Positions 1 through 7,331 of a DNA stretch of 29,363 nt are shown here, piece after piece. The notes below the pieces were generated by a model that had not been told where the DNA came from, did no database searches, and worked only from the letters and a program-made list of their open reading frames with translations. How positions within the stretch are numbered: the first letter of the stretch is position 1; each line of letters starts with the position of its first letter. The DNA is from a virus (Duplodnaviria; Heunggongvirae; Uroviricota; Caudoviricetes): IMG/VR virus record IMGVR_UViG_3300029566_000323. One strand, given 5' to 3'. The translations under genes and the position numbers were made by a program.

Positions 1-185
1 TGTGCACATCCTTTTGGCATCAAACGTAAACGGGCCAGCATTGAAACAATGCATACTTTATTTAATAACTCCCGTTCGTGTTTTCTTTTGTTAATGGCAT
101 CTTCAGTAAATACAGGATTACTGATAGTGACACCAATTTCAAAACAACCTTCAGACGTATTAACGTTTGGTAATAACGTTTTCAT
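1..185 (-). CDS. dicB: Cell division inhibitor DicB (3' end truncated by window start)
   Basis: Reverse-strand translation MKTLLPNVNTSEGCFEIGVTISNPVFTEDAINKRKHERELLNKVCIVSMLARLRLMPKGCA matches remembered Qin prophage DicB almost residue for residue; ATG at 183-185; last codon and stop lie before position 1. Confidence 0.85.
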   Translation of the reverse strand, partial: MKTLLPNVNTSEGCFEIGVTISNPVFTEDAINKRKHERELLNKVCIVSMLARLRLMPKGCA

Positions 186-354
186 TATCGCGCCCTCAAC
201 AATGAGTTTTGTGATGCGGTGCCTGGTGCCTCCAGGTGACGTTAACCAGTTAACAATTAACGCCGGATACAGAGAATCCACCCATAACACTGTTTTTGGT
301 TTTAACTGTTCCGCGTGCGCTTAGCCGCATTCACCGCATCACAAAATTCACTTT

Positions 355-412
355 AAAAAGGGTGGCAGAGCAGTCACGGAGTAGAACTGATGCCACCAAA
401 GACTACACATGG
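355..412 (-). ncRNA. dicF: DicF small RNA (ftsZ-targeting sRNA variant)
   Basis: Reverse complement reads ...TTTGGTGGCATCAGTTCTACTCCGTGACTGCTCTGCCACCCTTTTT, a close variant of remembered DicF including the GGTGG/CCACC stem and U-run 3' end; lies immediately upstream of dicB on the same strand as in Qin. Ends approximate. Confidence 0.75.
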
Positions 413-706
413 GTATTGTGGCGGGGCTGTCACTTAAGCGTATGGTCAACCTGACAACCCGGTGCATTTTCTGGAGCAATGGAGGAAACCCCAGCCATAC
501 TTACCGCCGCGCCATTTCGCGGATTGCCACAACCGGAAGCGCACGATCGAATTAAATTTAACGACGACCTATACAGAGAGACTAACTTCGCCGGGCGCTT
601 TCGTGTTATGCCCTGACTTTTCAGGGATATATCCTTTTTAGTAAACTGTCAGTGCCGGATTCTTATCCGTGTCCGGCGCACGCACTCTACCTCACCTGTG
701 AATAAA

Positions 707-1093
707 TTAATGATTAATTGATATTTTGTTGTTTGATTCAACTTTCCCATCGGATGTGTGATGCTTTAAATCACAGGAATTAATACTGCTCGCTGTAAAA
801 TGATTTTCAAGGGGAGCTATTCGAATCCCTTTCTTTTTCATTAACAAGCCAAATCCTTTATTAATGATGTCCATTAATTCCAGGAAGTATTTTTCATGTA
901 AATCCTGGTTATCAGAGAGCTGCTTCTCTTCGTACAGACCGATAAAGGCACGACGCACGTTACCGGATATAGTATCGATGGTTTCTTTTTCTACGGTACT
1001 CAGGTCAAGAGTCGCCAGTTGAGAGCGAACCACATTCGATGCCATTTCCTGGAATGGTACTGGTAAATCTTTAAATTCCATCGTCAACCTCAT
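707..1093 (-). CDS. Hypothetical protein (128 aa) in the dicB early operon, occupying the ydfB/ydfC position
   Basis: Intact ORF; start ATG overlaps the stop of the upstream gene (TGATG), implying translational coupling; AT-rich 3' end; no family recognised. Confidence 0.6.
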   Translation of the reverse strand: MRLTMEFKDLPVPFQEMASNVVRSQLATLDLSTVEKETIDTISGNVRRAFIGLYEEKQLSDNQDLHEKYFLELMDIINKGFGLLMKKKGIRIAPLENHFTASSINSCDLKHHTSDGKVESNNKISINH

Positions 1094-1245
1094 CAGTCAG
1101 TGTTTCTGGTTAACCAGCGACGCGCGCCAGCTTCAGTTTGAAACGTTTTGCTTCTGGTATACGTCATCGCGGTAAACGTGCCGTCCTGGTTGGGAAACAC
1201 GCCGCATACCAGAGATTCGTTGTTGCCAAGATCGATAGTATCCAT
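1093..1245 (-). CDS. YdfA/YdaF-like small protein (DUF1391-like)
   Basis: Internal ATG at 1243-1245 preceded by GAGG; product MDTIDLGNNESLVCGVFPNQDGTFTAMTYTRSKTFQTEAGARRWLTRNTD resembles the small protein encoded just downstream of dicA in Qin/Rac-type prophages. Confidence 0.55.
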   Translation of the reverse strand: MDTIDLGNNESLVCGVFPNQDGTFTAMTYTRSKTFQTEAGARRWLTRNTD

Positions 1246-1349
1246 GCTGACCTCATTTCCCCTTAACGCCAGGGTAGCGGAACTGTTTGCTGAGAACACC
1301 GTGCGGTGTCTTGATGAGTAGAATTTAGAATAACCTAAGAATTATGGTC

Positions 1350-1395
1350 AAGCTTTTTGTGTAGAAAAACCTAAGCTTTTTGATGTAAAAAACAC
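1350..1395. repeat. Tandem 23-bp direct repeat in the dicA to ydfA-like intergenic region (candidate early-left promoter/operator element)
   Basis: AAGCTTTTTGTGTAGAAAAACCT (1350-1372) followed directly by AAGCTTTTTGATGTAAAAAACAC (1373-1395), 19/23 identical; CCTAAG motifs nearby at 1334-1339 and 1370-1375. Confidence 0.5.
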
Positions 1396-1451
1396 AAGCA
1401 TTTGAAAGTTTGTGCTTTTTATTACAGAGAGTGGCGAAAAAAAAGGGAGGG

Positions 1452-1859
1452 TTATTTATTTGCGCTTCTTTTGCGAGCTTTGAGTAGTTCTTCAAAAAGT
1501 TTGTTGAAATTCTCAACTCGAGCACGCATCTCTGACAACAGAGCCTTTTGCTCTGACTCAGGCAGTGCGTCGAACAGTTGAAGCAACTCTTTTTGATCTT
1601 CTGTCAGATTAACTGGCTGATTATCTGGGATCGGTTCGCCTGGTTGCTTATCTTCATCTCCAAAAAGAAGCCAAGTCGGCGAGCACTGAAGCGCCTGGCT
1701 CAGTGCGAATAATCTCTTCCCCGCTGGCTGTGTTTCATCTCTTTCCCATTGAGAAATTGTTACGTGAGCCACTTTGACCAGCTTACCTAATGCGGCCTGA
1801 GACAGTTTTAATTTTTTACGCCTGTATAAGAGGCGAGCACCGAAGGTTTCGTTTTTCAT
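1452..1859 (-). CDS. dicA: Prophage repressor DicA (CI-like HTH repressor)
   Basis: 135-aa product with ...ISQWERDETQPAGKRLFALSQALQCSPTWLLFGDEDKQP...ALPESEQKALLSEMRARVENFNKLFEELLKARKR closely matches remembered DicA; divergent from dicC. Confidence 0.9.
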   Translation of the reverse strand: MKNETFGARLLYRRKKLKLSQAALGKLVKVAHVTISQWERDETQPAGKRLFALSQALQCSPTWLLFGDEDKQPGEPIPDNQPVNLTEDQKELLQLFDALPESEQKALLSEMRARVENFNKLFEELLKARKRSANK

Positions 1860-1935
1860 ATTAGGTAATTCTAATTTTTCTTGACTTAGGTTTCTCTACG
1901 ATCTAGTTTCCTTAGGAAAATCTAAGGAGTTCGAT
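1860..1935. promoter_or_regulatory. Divergent dicA/dicC promoter-operator region
   Basis: 76-bp intergenic region between divergent repressor and Cro-like genes containing repeated TTAGG/CTAAG half-sites (TTAGGTAA, CTTAGGTTT, TCCTTAGGAAAATCTAAGGA inverted repeat) and an AAGGAG RBS for dicC. Confidence 0.6.
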
Positions 1936-2163
1936 ATGTTGAAAATTGATGCTATAGCGTTTTTTGGCAGCAAAACAAAGCTTGCCAATGCCGCAGGAGT
2001 TAGGCTGGCAAGCGTTGCTGCATGGGGGAAACTGGTTCCTGAAGGTCGCGCGATGCGTCTACAGGAGGCATCCGGCGGGGAACTTCAGTACGACCCCAAA
2101 GTTTATGACGAATATCGTAAGGCAAAGCGGGCGGGGCGGTTGAACAATGAAAATCACCCCTGA
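1936..2163 (+). CDS. dicC: Cro-like regulator DicC
   Basis: 75-aa product MLKIDAIAFFGSKTKLANAAGVRLASVAAWGKLVPEGRAMRLQEASGGELQYDPKVYDEYRKAKRAGRLNNENHP matches remembered DicC; AAGGAG 6 nt upstream of ATG. Confidence 0.9.
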   Translation: MLKIDAIAFFGSKTKLANAAGVRLASVAAWGKLVPEGRAMRLQEASGGELQYDPKVYDEYRKAKRAGRLNNENHP

Positions 2164-2698
2164 ACAGGTTTGTGAGGCTCTGGATGCCTGGGTATGTCGA
2201 CCAGGAATGACACAGGAGCAAGCGACGATATTAATCACGGAAGCATTCTGGGCTCTGAAAGAACGCCCGAACATCGATGTTCAACGCGTCACGTTTAATG
2301 ATGGCGAGGTTGATCAACGGGCGCTGGGCGTTAACCGGGTGAAGATATTCGAACGCTGGAAAGCTATCGACACCAGGGATAAGCGGAAAAAATTCACGGC
2401 GCTGATTCCGGCAATTATGGAGGCTATCCGAATTAGTGATTTCAGGTTGTATCGTGAGATCAGTGATGGAAAAAGCATTACGTACATGATCGCCGGATTA
2501 AACAAAGAATATGGCGATGTGGTGGAGTCCGGGCTGCTTTTTGCGGATCCAGCTGTTGTGGAACGTGAGACTGACGAGCTTATAGAAAAAGCTATTGCTT
2601 TCAAGCATGCGTATCGTCAGCAATATCAATATTACTTTGCAGATAAACAAATGTCTGCCAGGGGTTTGTATGAGTATCGATGCACTACGATGGGCTAA
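2147..2698 (+). CDS. YdaT-like prophage protein (183 aa; family assignment tentative)
   Basis: Intact ORF overlapping dicC stop; position directly downstream of the Cro-like gene is where YdaT-family genes sit in Rac/Qin-type prophages; sequence identity not verified. Confidence 0.65.
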   Translation: MKITPEQVCEALDAWVCRPGMTQEQATILITEAFWALKERPNIDVQRVTFNDGEVDQRALGVNRVKIFERWKAIDTRDKRKKFTALIPAIMEAIRISDFRLYREISDGKSITYMIAGLNKEYGDVVESGLLFADPAVVERETDELIEKAIAFKHAYRQQYQYYFADKQMSARGLYEYRCTTMG

Positions 2699-3710
2699 AA
2701 AGGTGAAAACCGGCAGTTCATCCAGTAAGTCTGTATTGACCTGGCTTGCTGATATGTGCGGTGCCGATTTGTGTGCATACCCGTCTGTATCTGCACTGGC
2801 AGAAGTAACGGAACTGAACAAAAAGACTGTGCAGGACAGCTTACGACACCTGATGGAGATTGGGTTAATTGTTGATACCGGTGAGAGAAAAGGCAGAACA
2901 AAGCAAATTGTGGTGTACCGACTTATCGGTGTAGAAGAAAGTGTTGCCGAGCCTGAATACACCCAAAAACGGGAGTCTTTAAAGGTGGGTAAAATTGGTG
3001 CTGTTAATAAAAACAGTACCGAAAATGGTTATGTTTCAGCACAAAACAGACCCAAAAACGGAACTCTTAGCTGCATGGAAAATAACCAAAGACACCCAAA
3101 TTTTCCATCAAAGACACCCAAAAACGGATCACGGAACCCAAAGGAACCCAAAGATCTAAACCCCACACATAACGCACGCGAGAGTGCTCCGACCAGTGAG
3201 CAGGAAGTTTTGTCGTTACAGGCAGCACCCCTTGTATTCCTGGATGGCCTGAGCGAACCCATCGGAAAATTTCCGATGACCGATAGCTGGTATCCGTCAC
3301 GGGATTTTCGACGACGGGCTGCGTTGTGGGGGATGGCTTTGCCGGAGACAGAATTTACACCTGCTGAACTTGCCGCCTTCCGGGACTACTGGGCAGCGGA
3401 GGGGAAAGTGTTTACGCAGATTCAGTGGGAGCAGAAATTCGCCCGTCACGTAAATCACGTCAGGGCGCAGGTTAAACCAGTCAGCAAGGGGGTAAACCAT
3501 GCAGCAGCACCAGGTGGCACCGCATCACGGGCAGTTCAGGAAATTCGGGCAGCACGTGAGCAGTGGGAACGTGAAAACGGATTTATCAGCGACGGAAACG
3601 GTCTGGAAGCTGTGGGAACTCATGGGGGAGGTTTATTCGAACCGCTGGACCCAGAAGAACGGGGCCGCACCTTCGAAGCTCTGGATTGCACAGATTGGCG
3701 CGATGACTGA
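2670..3710 (+). CDS. Replication initiator, lambda O-like (N-terminal DNA-binding domain, linker encoding iterons, DnaT-like C-terminal domain)
   Basis: Starts MSIDALRWAKKVKTGSSSSKSVLTWLADM (typical replication-initiator N-terminus); the linker coding region carries iteron-like repeats; C-terminal ...WYPSRDFRRRAALWGMALPETEFTPAELAAFRDYWAAEGKVFTQIQWEQKFARHVNH resembles DnaT/O C-terminal domains. Confidence 0.8.
   Translation: MSIDALRWAKKVKTGSSSSKSVLTWLADMCGADLCAYPSVSALAEVTELNKKTVQDSLRHLMEIGLIVDTGERKGRTKQIVVYRLIGVEESVAEPEYTQKRESLKVGKIGAVNKNSTENGYVSAQNRPKNGTLSCMENNQRHPNFPSKTPKNGSRNPKEPKDLNPTHNARESAPTSEQEVLSLQAAPLVFLDGLSEPIGKFPMTDSWYPSRDFRRRAALWGMALPETEFTPAELAAFRDYWAAEGKVFTQIQWEQKFARHVNHVRAQVKPVSKGVNHAAAPGGTASRAVQEIRAAREQWERENGFISDGNGLEAVGTHGGGLFEPLDPEERGRTFEALDCTDWRDD
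3046..3160. repeat. Iteron-like direct repeats (candidate prophage origin of replication) inside the O-like gene
   Basis: ACAGACCCAAAAACGGAA (3046-3063), AAGACACCCAAATTT (3089-3103), AAGACACCCAAAAACGGA (3111-3128), then degenerate GAACCCAAAGG / GAACCCAAAG copies (3134-3153); arrangement parallels ori-lambda within gene O. Confidence 0.6.
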
Positions 3711-4164
3711 GCAGCAAATCCGACAGGTCTGCCGCCAGTGCATGGACCGCTGCCGGGCGGGTGAAACATGGCCTCCGGACCTGGCTGAGTTTGTGGCGCT
3801 GATTTCAGAAAGCGGGGCCAATCCATTTGGCCTGACGGTGGATGCTGTGATGGAGGAGTACCGCCGCTGGCGTGATGAGTCCTGGCGATATGACGGAAGC
3901 GACAAATATCCGTGGCCTCAGCCTGTGCTGTACCACATCTGCCTCGAAATGCGTACCAGAGGGATTGAGCGCCAGATGACGCAGGGTGAGTTAAAACGAC
4001 TTGCAGAACGGCAACTGACGAAATGGGCAAAGCATGTTGGTAACGGGATGAGTGTTCCGCCAGTGCGACGACAACTGGAAGGGGCGAAACACCCGCAAGG
4101 GCCAACGCCAATTGAACGGCTGAAACAGGAATACGAACGCCGGAAGGCAGCTGGTTTTATTTGA
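3499..4164 (+). CDS. Replication protein P-like (helicase loader); start uncertain
   Basis: C-terminal two thirds align to lambda P (…PDLAEFVALI…YPWPQPVLYHICLEMRTRGIERQMTQGELKRLAERQLTKWAKHV vs lambda …PSPGQFVAWCRE…YPWKSNAHYWLVTNLYQNMRANALTDAELRRKAADEL). ATG 3499 has a strong AAGGGGG RBS but overlaps the O-like ORF by 212 nt; in-frame ATGs at 3622 and 3703 are alternatives. Confidence 0.8.
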   Translation: MQQHQVAPHHGQFRKFGQHVSSGNVKTDLSATETVWKLWELMGEVYSNRWTQKNGAAPSKLWIAQIGAMTEQQIRQVCRQCMDRCRAGETWPPDLAEFVALISESGANPFGLTVDAVMEEYRRWRDESWRYDGSDKYPWPQPVLYHICLEMRTRGIERQMTQGELKRLAERQLTKWAKHVGNGMSVPPVRRQLEGAKHPQGPTPIERLKQEYERRKAAGFI

Positions 4165-4197
4165 ATCTGAGAAACGATTTTGTCGGAGGAAATTTTA

Positions 4198-4968
4198 ATG
4201 GAAACCGTATTTGACGCACTGAAAGCAATGGGAAAAGCCACATCGGTAGAACTGGCCGCGCGACTTGATATCAGTCGTGAAGAGGTTCTCAACGAGCTGT
4301 GGGAACTCAAAAGAAATGGCGTCGTTGATAAAACTGGTCACACCTGGTTTCTGGCTGGCGAAGGTGAATCCCGGGTAACCGAAGAGCGGCCAGTAAAATC
4401 TGAAGCACAGGATATGCTGACCGGGGAGGTCGAACAAAAAGTTACCGCAGACATGATGATTGAGTTTATCGGTCAGGATGGTGCTAAAACGTGTGAGGAA
4501 CTGGCGGGTAAGTTCGGCGTCAGTACTCGCAAGGTTGCCTCCACGCTGGCGGTGGTAACCGCAACGGGGCGGCTGGCACGCGTTAATCAGAACGGTAAAT
4601 TTCGTTACTGCATGCCGGGCGATAATTTACCAGCAGAGCCGAAAGCCGCGCTGGTAACGGAAAGTGATGGTAAGGCCTTTCCTCAGCCAGCAGGTGCTGC
4701 GTTACCAGTCCGGGAAGCCGCAACACAGGAAGAAATTAAAACAGAAACTGTGGCGGACATTGTGCAGCCGTTGCCATCGTTTACCGAAACGCAAGCAGAT
4801 GAGCTGATTTTTCCGTCCCTTCGCAGGGCAAACCTGGCGCTGCGCAGGGCGAAAAGTGATGTTCAGAAGTGGGAGCGAGTCTGCGCCGCGCTGCGGGAGC
4901 TGAACAAGCACCGGGATATTGTTCGACAGATTAGTGATTCTTCCCGCCGTGTTGTATCGGAAAAGTGA
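4198..4968 (+). CDS. Hypothetical nin-region protein (257 aa), N-terminal winged-helix-like segment
   Basis: ATG 4198 with GGAGG 8 nt upstream; N-terminus [43 protein letters not shown] looks like a small DNA-binding domain; acidic middle; family not confirmed. Confidence 0.7.
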   Translation: METVFDALKAMGKATSVELAARLDISREEVLNELWELKRNGVVDKTGHTWFLAGEGESRVTEERPVKSEAQDMLTGEVEQKVTADMMIEFIGQDGAKTCEELAGKFGVSTRKVASTLAVVTATGRLARVNQNGKFRYCMPGDNLPAEPKAALVTESDGKAFPQPAGAALPVREAATQEEIKTETVADIVQPLPSFTETQADELIFPSLRRANLALRRAKSDVQKWERVCAALRELNKHRDIVRQISDSSRRVVSEK

Positions 4969-4983
4969 TTGCCGGAGGCGCTT

Positions 4984-5376
4984 ATGGCAAAAGTATTTAC
5001 ACCAGAAGAGCGGGAAGAAGTGAAGGCGCGCATTGTGGAATTCGTGCGCCTGAGCGGACGAGAAACTTTTCGACAACTGGCAGATAAAACGGGTGTCAGT
5101 AAGACCGCTATTCGTCGTTTATCTGGTGCGCTTGCGGCCAGTGGTGATGTCTGGCTCTCTGGTTGCGGGGTATTTCCATCAGAGCAGGCGTATCGCGTAT
5201 GGCGTAAGACACCGGAGAAGGCTGCTGACCCGACACTGATTCGAAAGTTACCTGACGGAGAAATACGTCGTTACAACAGACGGCAGAACATAATTTGTCG
5301 TGAGTGCCGCCAGAGCGAAGTCATGCAGCGTGTGCTGGCGTTCTATCGGGGAAACTTTCAGGAGGTGATGGAGTGA
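4984..5376 (+). CDS. Hypothetical protein (130 aa) with HTH-like segment
   Basis: ATG 4984 with GGAGG 5 nt upstream; contains FRQLADKTGVSKTAIRRL HTH-like stretch. Confidence 0.65.
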   Translation: MAKVFTPEEREEVKARIVEFVRLSGRETFRQLADKTGVSKTAIRRLSGALAASGDVWLSGCGVFPSEQAYRVWRKTPEKAADPTLIRKLPDGEIRRYNRRQNIICRECRQSEVMQRVLAFYRGNFQEVME

Positions 5377-5378
5377 GG

Positions 5379-5669
5379 GTGAGAGTTTATATTGCCGGTC
5401 CAATGACGGGATATGAAAATTTCAACCGTGAGGCGTTTCACAAGGCGGAAGAGGAACTGAAACGGGAAGGGCATACCGTCTTAAACCCGGCAGTACTTCC
5501 GGACGGGCTGACACAGCCGCACTACATGGATATTTGCATGGCAATGATTCGTTGTGTGGATGCGATTTACATGCTGAATGGCTGGCAGCGGTCAGCGGGC
5601 GCTAAGGCAGAGCTGGCACTGGCGGAGAAACTGGGGCATGCGGTGATTTATCAGGAGGTGGCTCAATGA
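5379..5669 (+). CDS. DUF4406-like protein (nucleoside 2-deoxyribosyltransferase-like fold)
   Basis: N-terminus (M)RVYIAGPMTGYENFNREAFHKAEEELKREGHTVLNPAVLP is the hallmark opening of this family; GTG start at 5379 (or 5373) overlapping the upstream stop. Confidence 0.7.
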   Translation: MRVYIAGPMTGYENFNREAFHKAEEELKREGHTVLNPAVLPDGLTQPHYMDICMAMIRCVDAIYMLNGWQRSAGAKAELALAEKLGHAVIYQEVAQ

Positions 5670-6127
5670 GAGAGGTTAACTATGAGGCGCTTCGTGAGGC
5701 AGCACAAAACTATCAGTCGACGCTGGCGTGGTATCAGGCTATCCCGGACAGCCCAAATGCTGAACGGGATTGTGATGCGGCTCTTGCTGCGTTTAAGCGT
5801 CACATCCGTCATCGGGAAGCGGATATTATCGCTGATTTGCTGGATGGACTGGAAGAAGCAAAATCACAACTCAACGAGCAGCGTGAGTATTACGAAGGCG
5901 TTATCTCTGATGGGAGTAAGCGTATTGCTGAACTGGAAGCGCGGGAAGTTCAATTACCGACTCGCTACGACCTTCGATATGGACATCCGATAAATGCAGA
6001 TGAGCGACATGTCATGATACCTAAAGAAAATGGCAGTTGGCTTTACCTGATTGACCTAGAACACGCATTACGCGTCGCTGGCATTCGCATCAAAGGAGAG
6101 GAGCATGGAAATAAAACCAGAGGATGA
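5666..6127 (+). CDS. Hypothetical prophage protein (153 aa)
   Basis: ATG overlaps upstream stop (ATGA); coiled-coil-like central region; no family recognised. Confidence 0.6.
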   Translation: MREVNYEALREAAQNYQSTLAWYQAIPDSPNAERDCDAALAAFKRHIRHREADIIADLLDGLEEAKSQLNEQREYYEGVISDGSKRIAELEAREVQLPTRYDLRYGHPINADERHVMIPKENGSWLYLIDLEHALRVAGIRIKGEEHGNKTRG

Positions 6128-6461
6128 GTTAAGCAATATCGTTTTATTTCCGGTAAAAGAGGATGACCCTCGTAATCAGGTTAATTTTCTTTATGAGTCA
6201 TCGGAAAGACCATATTGTCATCACGCCTCTGTTCGGGTTGACGAAAAAGAGCGTCAGGTCCGCTGTAAAATCTGCGGTGCAGTTGTGGAGCCGTTTGACT
6301 GGATGCTCTCTGTGGCGAAAAGAGAAACCAGACTGGCAGATGATGTAAGGCTATTGCGCCAGGAGGAACAGGAAAGGCGGAAAAATATAGAAAAGTTAAT
6401 TCAGATTGAGCGTAACGCGAAAGCGCGGATATGCAGGGCGACAAAATCCAGAACTGAATAA
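6105..6461 (+). CDS. Hypothetical protein with putative Cys4 zinc ribbon (118 aa)
   Basis: Strong RBS AAAGGAGAGGAG before ATG 6105; cysteines in PYCHH and RCKICG spaced as in a small zinc ribbon; basic coiled C-terminus. Confidence 0.6.
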   Translation: MEIKPEDELSNIVLFPVKEDDPRNQVNFLYESSERPYCHHASVRVDEKERQVRCKICGAVVEPFDWMLSVAKRETRLADDVRLLRQEEQERRKNIEKLIQIERNAKARICRATKSRTE

Positions 6462-6556
6462 TTAAATTTAGCACTGTTAAAAATTTTATCCTTAACCGGA
6501 GGGATTTCTGCACCCTCAGAACATCAGGAGGCCGCCCGAAAGGGCGGTAATGAAAA

Positions 6557-6964
6557 ATGACTGAATTAACAAAAGAGCAATTAATCGAAGAAGCCAAATT
6601 AAAAATAGCGATTGCGAAATGCCACACGAATTCAGGGATGGCACGGGTAGAGGGTGAGTTATTCAAAATTGCACTGGCATCGCTAGAAGCGGAACCGATA
6701 GCGTGGAAATGCGGCGAAAACATAATCCTGTTTAATCCTGACACAGTTGAAGCATACGCAAAACGTGCGGAGATATCACCTAAACCACTATTCGCAGCTC
6801 CACCTGTGCCGGTTGTGTCTGAAGAACTGGTTAAAGCCGTGCGCTTCTATGAAAAGGTTAAGCGTGAAAATCCGCCAGTCGAAACCGGAGCATGGAAAGA
6901 CGCTGTTGACTGGGTGCTCAAAGAGGCCTGCCAGGTTGTAAACACTGGCATCAAAGGAGACTGA
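6557..6964 (+). CDS. Hypothetical protein (135 aa) sharing an N-terminal module with the 328-aa protein at 7328-8314
   Basis: Intact ORF; shares AEPIAW…AAPPVPVVSEE segment with the downstream 328-aa ORF at protein level with divergent codons. Confidence 0.7.
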   Translation: MTELTKEQLIEEAKLKIAIAKCHTNSGMARVEGELFKIALASLEAEPIAWKCGENIILFNPDTVEAYAKRAEISPKPLFAAPPVPVVSEELVKAVRFYEKVKRENPPVETGAWKDAVDWVLKEACQVVNTGIKGD

Positions 6965-6965
6965 T

Positions 6966-7331
6966 ATGGCACTGACGAAAAAACAACGTGCAGAATTGCG
7001 CATGAAGTTTGGCGGTCGCTGTGCTTATTGCGGCTGTGAACTTGGCGAAAAGTGGCATGCAGACCATGTAAAACCGGTCATTCGTTTTAATGGAAATATG
7101 CTTCACCAGGAACGTGACGATATATCCAACATGGTTCCGGCATGCCACCCATGCAATCTGCACAAGCATTGCAGTAGCCTGGAAGACTATCGGCGAATTA
7201 TCAGTGATGGTCGTCGTGAATTCCTTGCGTCCGGGAAAGGCAAAGCGCTGGTTCGTATGGGATTGGTTGAAATGAAATCTGACCCGGTTGTGTTCTGGTT
7301 TGAAAAATATCAAGAAGGGGCTACAGCATGA
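6966..7331 (+). CDS. HNH endonuclease
   Basis: Motifs CAYCGCEL…HADHVKP…MVPACHPCNLHKH (Cys pairs flanking HNH histidines/asparagine); AAGGAG RBS; stop overlaps next start. Confidence 0.85.
   Translation: MALTKKQRAELRMKFGGRCAYCGCELGEKWHADHVKPVIRFNGNMLHQERDDISNMVPACHPCNLHKHCSSLEDYRRIISDGRREFLASGKGKALVRMGLVEMKSDPVVFWFEKYQEGATA

Noticed and set aside
49-324. Plus-strand 91-aa ORF at the window start
   Set aside because: Lies antisense to dicB, whose minus-strand translation matches the known protein almost exactly, and runs into the dicF region; no RBS; judged spurious.
3046-3160. Direct repeats considered as a possible CRISPR array
   Set aside because: Repeats are short, degenerate, lack regular unique spacers and lie inside a replication initiator ORF; they fit origin iterons instead.
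3620-4111. Minus-strand 163-aa ORF (and 3918-4310)
   Set aside because: Antisense to the P-like replication gene; low-complexity Ser/Pro/Ala-rich translation typical of spurious frames.
6181-6744. Minus-strand 187-aa ORF
   Set aside because: Spans two plus-strand genes and their structured intergenic region; plus-strand genes have good RBSs and coupling, this one has none.
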